DNA of 60,761 bases, filler included, from Sphacelaria rigidula (taxonomy: Eukaryota): assembly GCA_964200075.2 (NCBI GenBank). It is 8 parts of 8 records of this genome, joined end to end, with 100 filler letters (N's around TTAATTAATTAA, not from the genome) between each part and the next. Parts side by side here need not be neighbours in the genome. Positions count along the whole stretch, not along the records: positions 53,255 to 60,761 come from CAXNAA020014590.1; 7 more parts are not named here. One strand, given 5' to 3'. Made by a program: the position numbers and the translations under genes. Positions 59,145-60,761 of this stretch are shown in pieces (within the stretch, counting starts at the first letter, position 1; each line of letters starts with the position of its first letter). The notes under the pieces were generated by a model, which worked only from the letters and a program-made list of their open reading frames with translations, had not been told where the DNA came from and made no database searches.

Positions 59145-59318
59145 CTGGTGGAAGGGTGGGAATAGGGCTGCTTCCAACGTCGGCGCCAGGGAGGGATCCG
59201 CCTTGAGGCATTGCTGCACCAGCACAGCGATAGCTTCGAACAAATAGTGATTGTACACAGGTCGGGACGGGTTCGCGCACGCGGTCGCCAGGTAGCCGTT
59301 GAGCTTCGTCAGGACCAC
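59145..59318 (-). CDS. CSE1: CSE1/exportin-2 exon 1 seen (VVLTKLNGYLATACANPSRPVYNHYLFEAIAVLV...LEAALFPPFHQ)
   Basis: CAG/GTATG boundaries, 58 codons; NPS.P..NHY.FE motif of the CAS/CSE1 C-terminal domain. The 5' part of the gene lies outside the window. Confidence 0.96.
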
Positions 59319-60099
59319 CTGTGTTTTTTTTTCAACACGACAGCCGATACACGACACAAGCGAAGAACATATGAGCGCAACGCACATATATAGACGAATG
59401 TACGTATACACAGACACATGAGGGGTGTTACTTGACGCGTCCATTTTTCCCCTCCGAAATCTCCAATTTTTTCGGGGAGAAACAAAAAACATGTTCTCCA
59501 AATAATTTGAGCAGATTTCTTGACCAGGCCAGGCTATGGATCAATTCAAGACTTGACTACAGATATTATATGCGGAAAAAAGTCGAGTGGAATGTTTCCA
59601 AGTTCCTGGGAGAAGCAAAATGATTTGCAAAAATTGTCTCGTGCATGAAAGCCCTGAAAGAACAATCGAAGGCGATGGGAAGGATAGGGTTGTACAACTA
59701 CCATACGCTCTAGGCTTGAAGCGGAGTCGATACGGTACAACGGCACTTGAAGTTACAAATGTTTCAGGGTCAAGGCAATCGGTGTTATTGAGTAAAGTTA
59801 AGAAAAAAAGACTAGACCAAAGTATATGTACATCGCTACATTCGTTGCTGTAAACATCGCTCGTCGTCGACAGCACCAAAACACCAAAACATGGAACCGT
59901 TGCGAAGTGTAAAATGGTTTCTCCATGACTCAGTTTCTTCGCTCATCCGCGCCTCATCGGCACCAACTGATTTCAAACAAAATACTAACTTTGGATAAAA
60001 ACGGGGGGAAAAAAAGAGACAACTGCGACCAACGGAAACTACGAAGACAATGTTGTGTACAAGCTAAAGCGGGCGCGCGGGAAGGAGGAGGAGGGGGGG

Positions 60100-60761
60100 G
60101 GTACTCATGACCTTGCATGCCATATTTATATGACCATTGACCTCGCATCCCCACAAAGCCCGGGCGGAGCACGCCGGGTTCTCGCCGGACCAGGCTCGCT
60201 ATCAATCACAAAGCGCGAAGCGCCGTGATAAATTCGGCGAGTCGCATGAAGGGTGAGCTGCATCCTGCTAGGAATGTTTGACCCGAAGCCTACAATGCCA
60301 GGAATGTACTGACTACCTTGCCTTCAGATGACAGCCTATAATGAGTTGCCTCATTTGCTCGTATCGCCACTTCAAGAGACAGCGACGATTTACACACTGC
60401 CCCACGGATGTCGCACCATTCAAACACCACGTAGTGCGATCATCTCCTTTGCGCGGAATGGAGAGTCTCCCACTCCGCACAACATGATCTAGCTCGGCCA
60501 CCATCATGGTTACCGCAAAAAAAAACGCAAGCGCGCAATAAAAATCGATAACCAGGTTGCCTAGCTTACGCAGTGAGTGGAATGTTTTACAGCGTCATCG
60601 CCAACCGACGGCAACCCCATAGGCGTCCGCCCCTACAAAGCCGGGACGGAGCACGCCGGGTTTCCGCCGGGGGGGGAGGAGGGGGCGCTCTCATGTGTTG
60701 CTTGCCTTAGTAATTCGATCATTGACCACGCATCCCTTTCGAGACGGAGCACCGTTCCTAC
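60100..60761 (+). repeat. Repeat family C copy, probably intronic in CSE1
   Basis: Colinear with 51700-52225. The last ~70 bp match the reverse complement of 38852-38920. Confidence 0.85.

Overview
This is eukaryotic nuclear DNA. Intron-rich genes with GT-AG splice sites, abundant microsatellites and MITEs, and about 50% GC are most consistent with a brown alga (Phaeophyceae, Ectocarpus-like); that taxon is an inference. The window is not one locus. It is eight contigs of 7507-7509 bp, sorted by length and joined by artificial 100-bp N(44)-TTAATTAATTAA-N(44) linkers, so nothing can be inferred from adjacency across linkers. Four partial spliced genes can be rebuilt by hand: a bacterial-type RecN-like SMC repair protein (contig 3, minus, 4 phase-compatible exons), NEMF/Rqc2 (contig 6, minus, 3 exons), a probable oligopeptidase B-like S9A propeller (contig 7, plus, only partly resolved) and CSE1/exportin-2 (contig 8, minus, 7 exons). 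The rest is mostly transposon-derived: a decayed Ty1/copia element, TA-flanked Tc1/mariner-type non-autonomous elements (one with a visible empty-site paralog), a nested MITE / solo-LTR / LINE-tail cluster, several long foldback inverted repeats, tRNA-like SINE heads and simple repeats. Most short ORFs in the supplied track are spurious. No convincing new multi-gene system is visible. The best leads are the intron-containing RecN-like gene, an intronless orphan ORF with a chromo-like motif, and some unusual repeat architectures.
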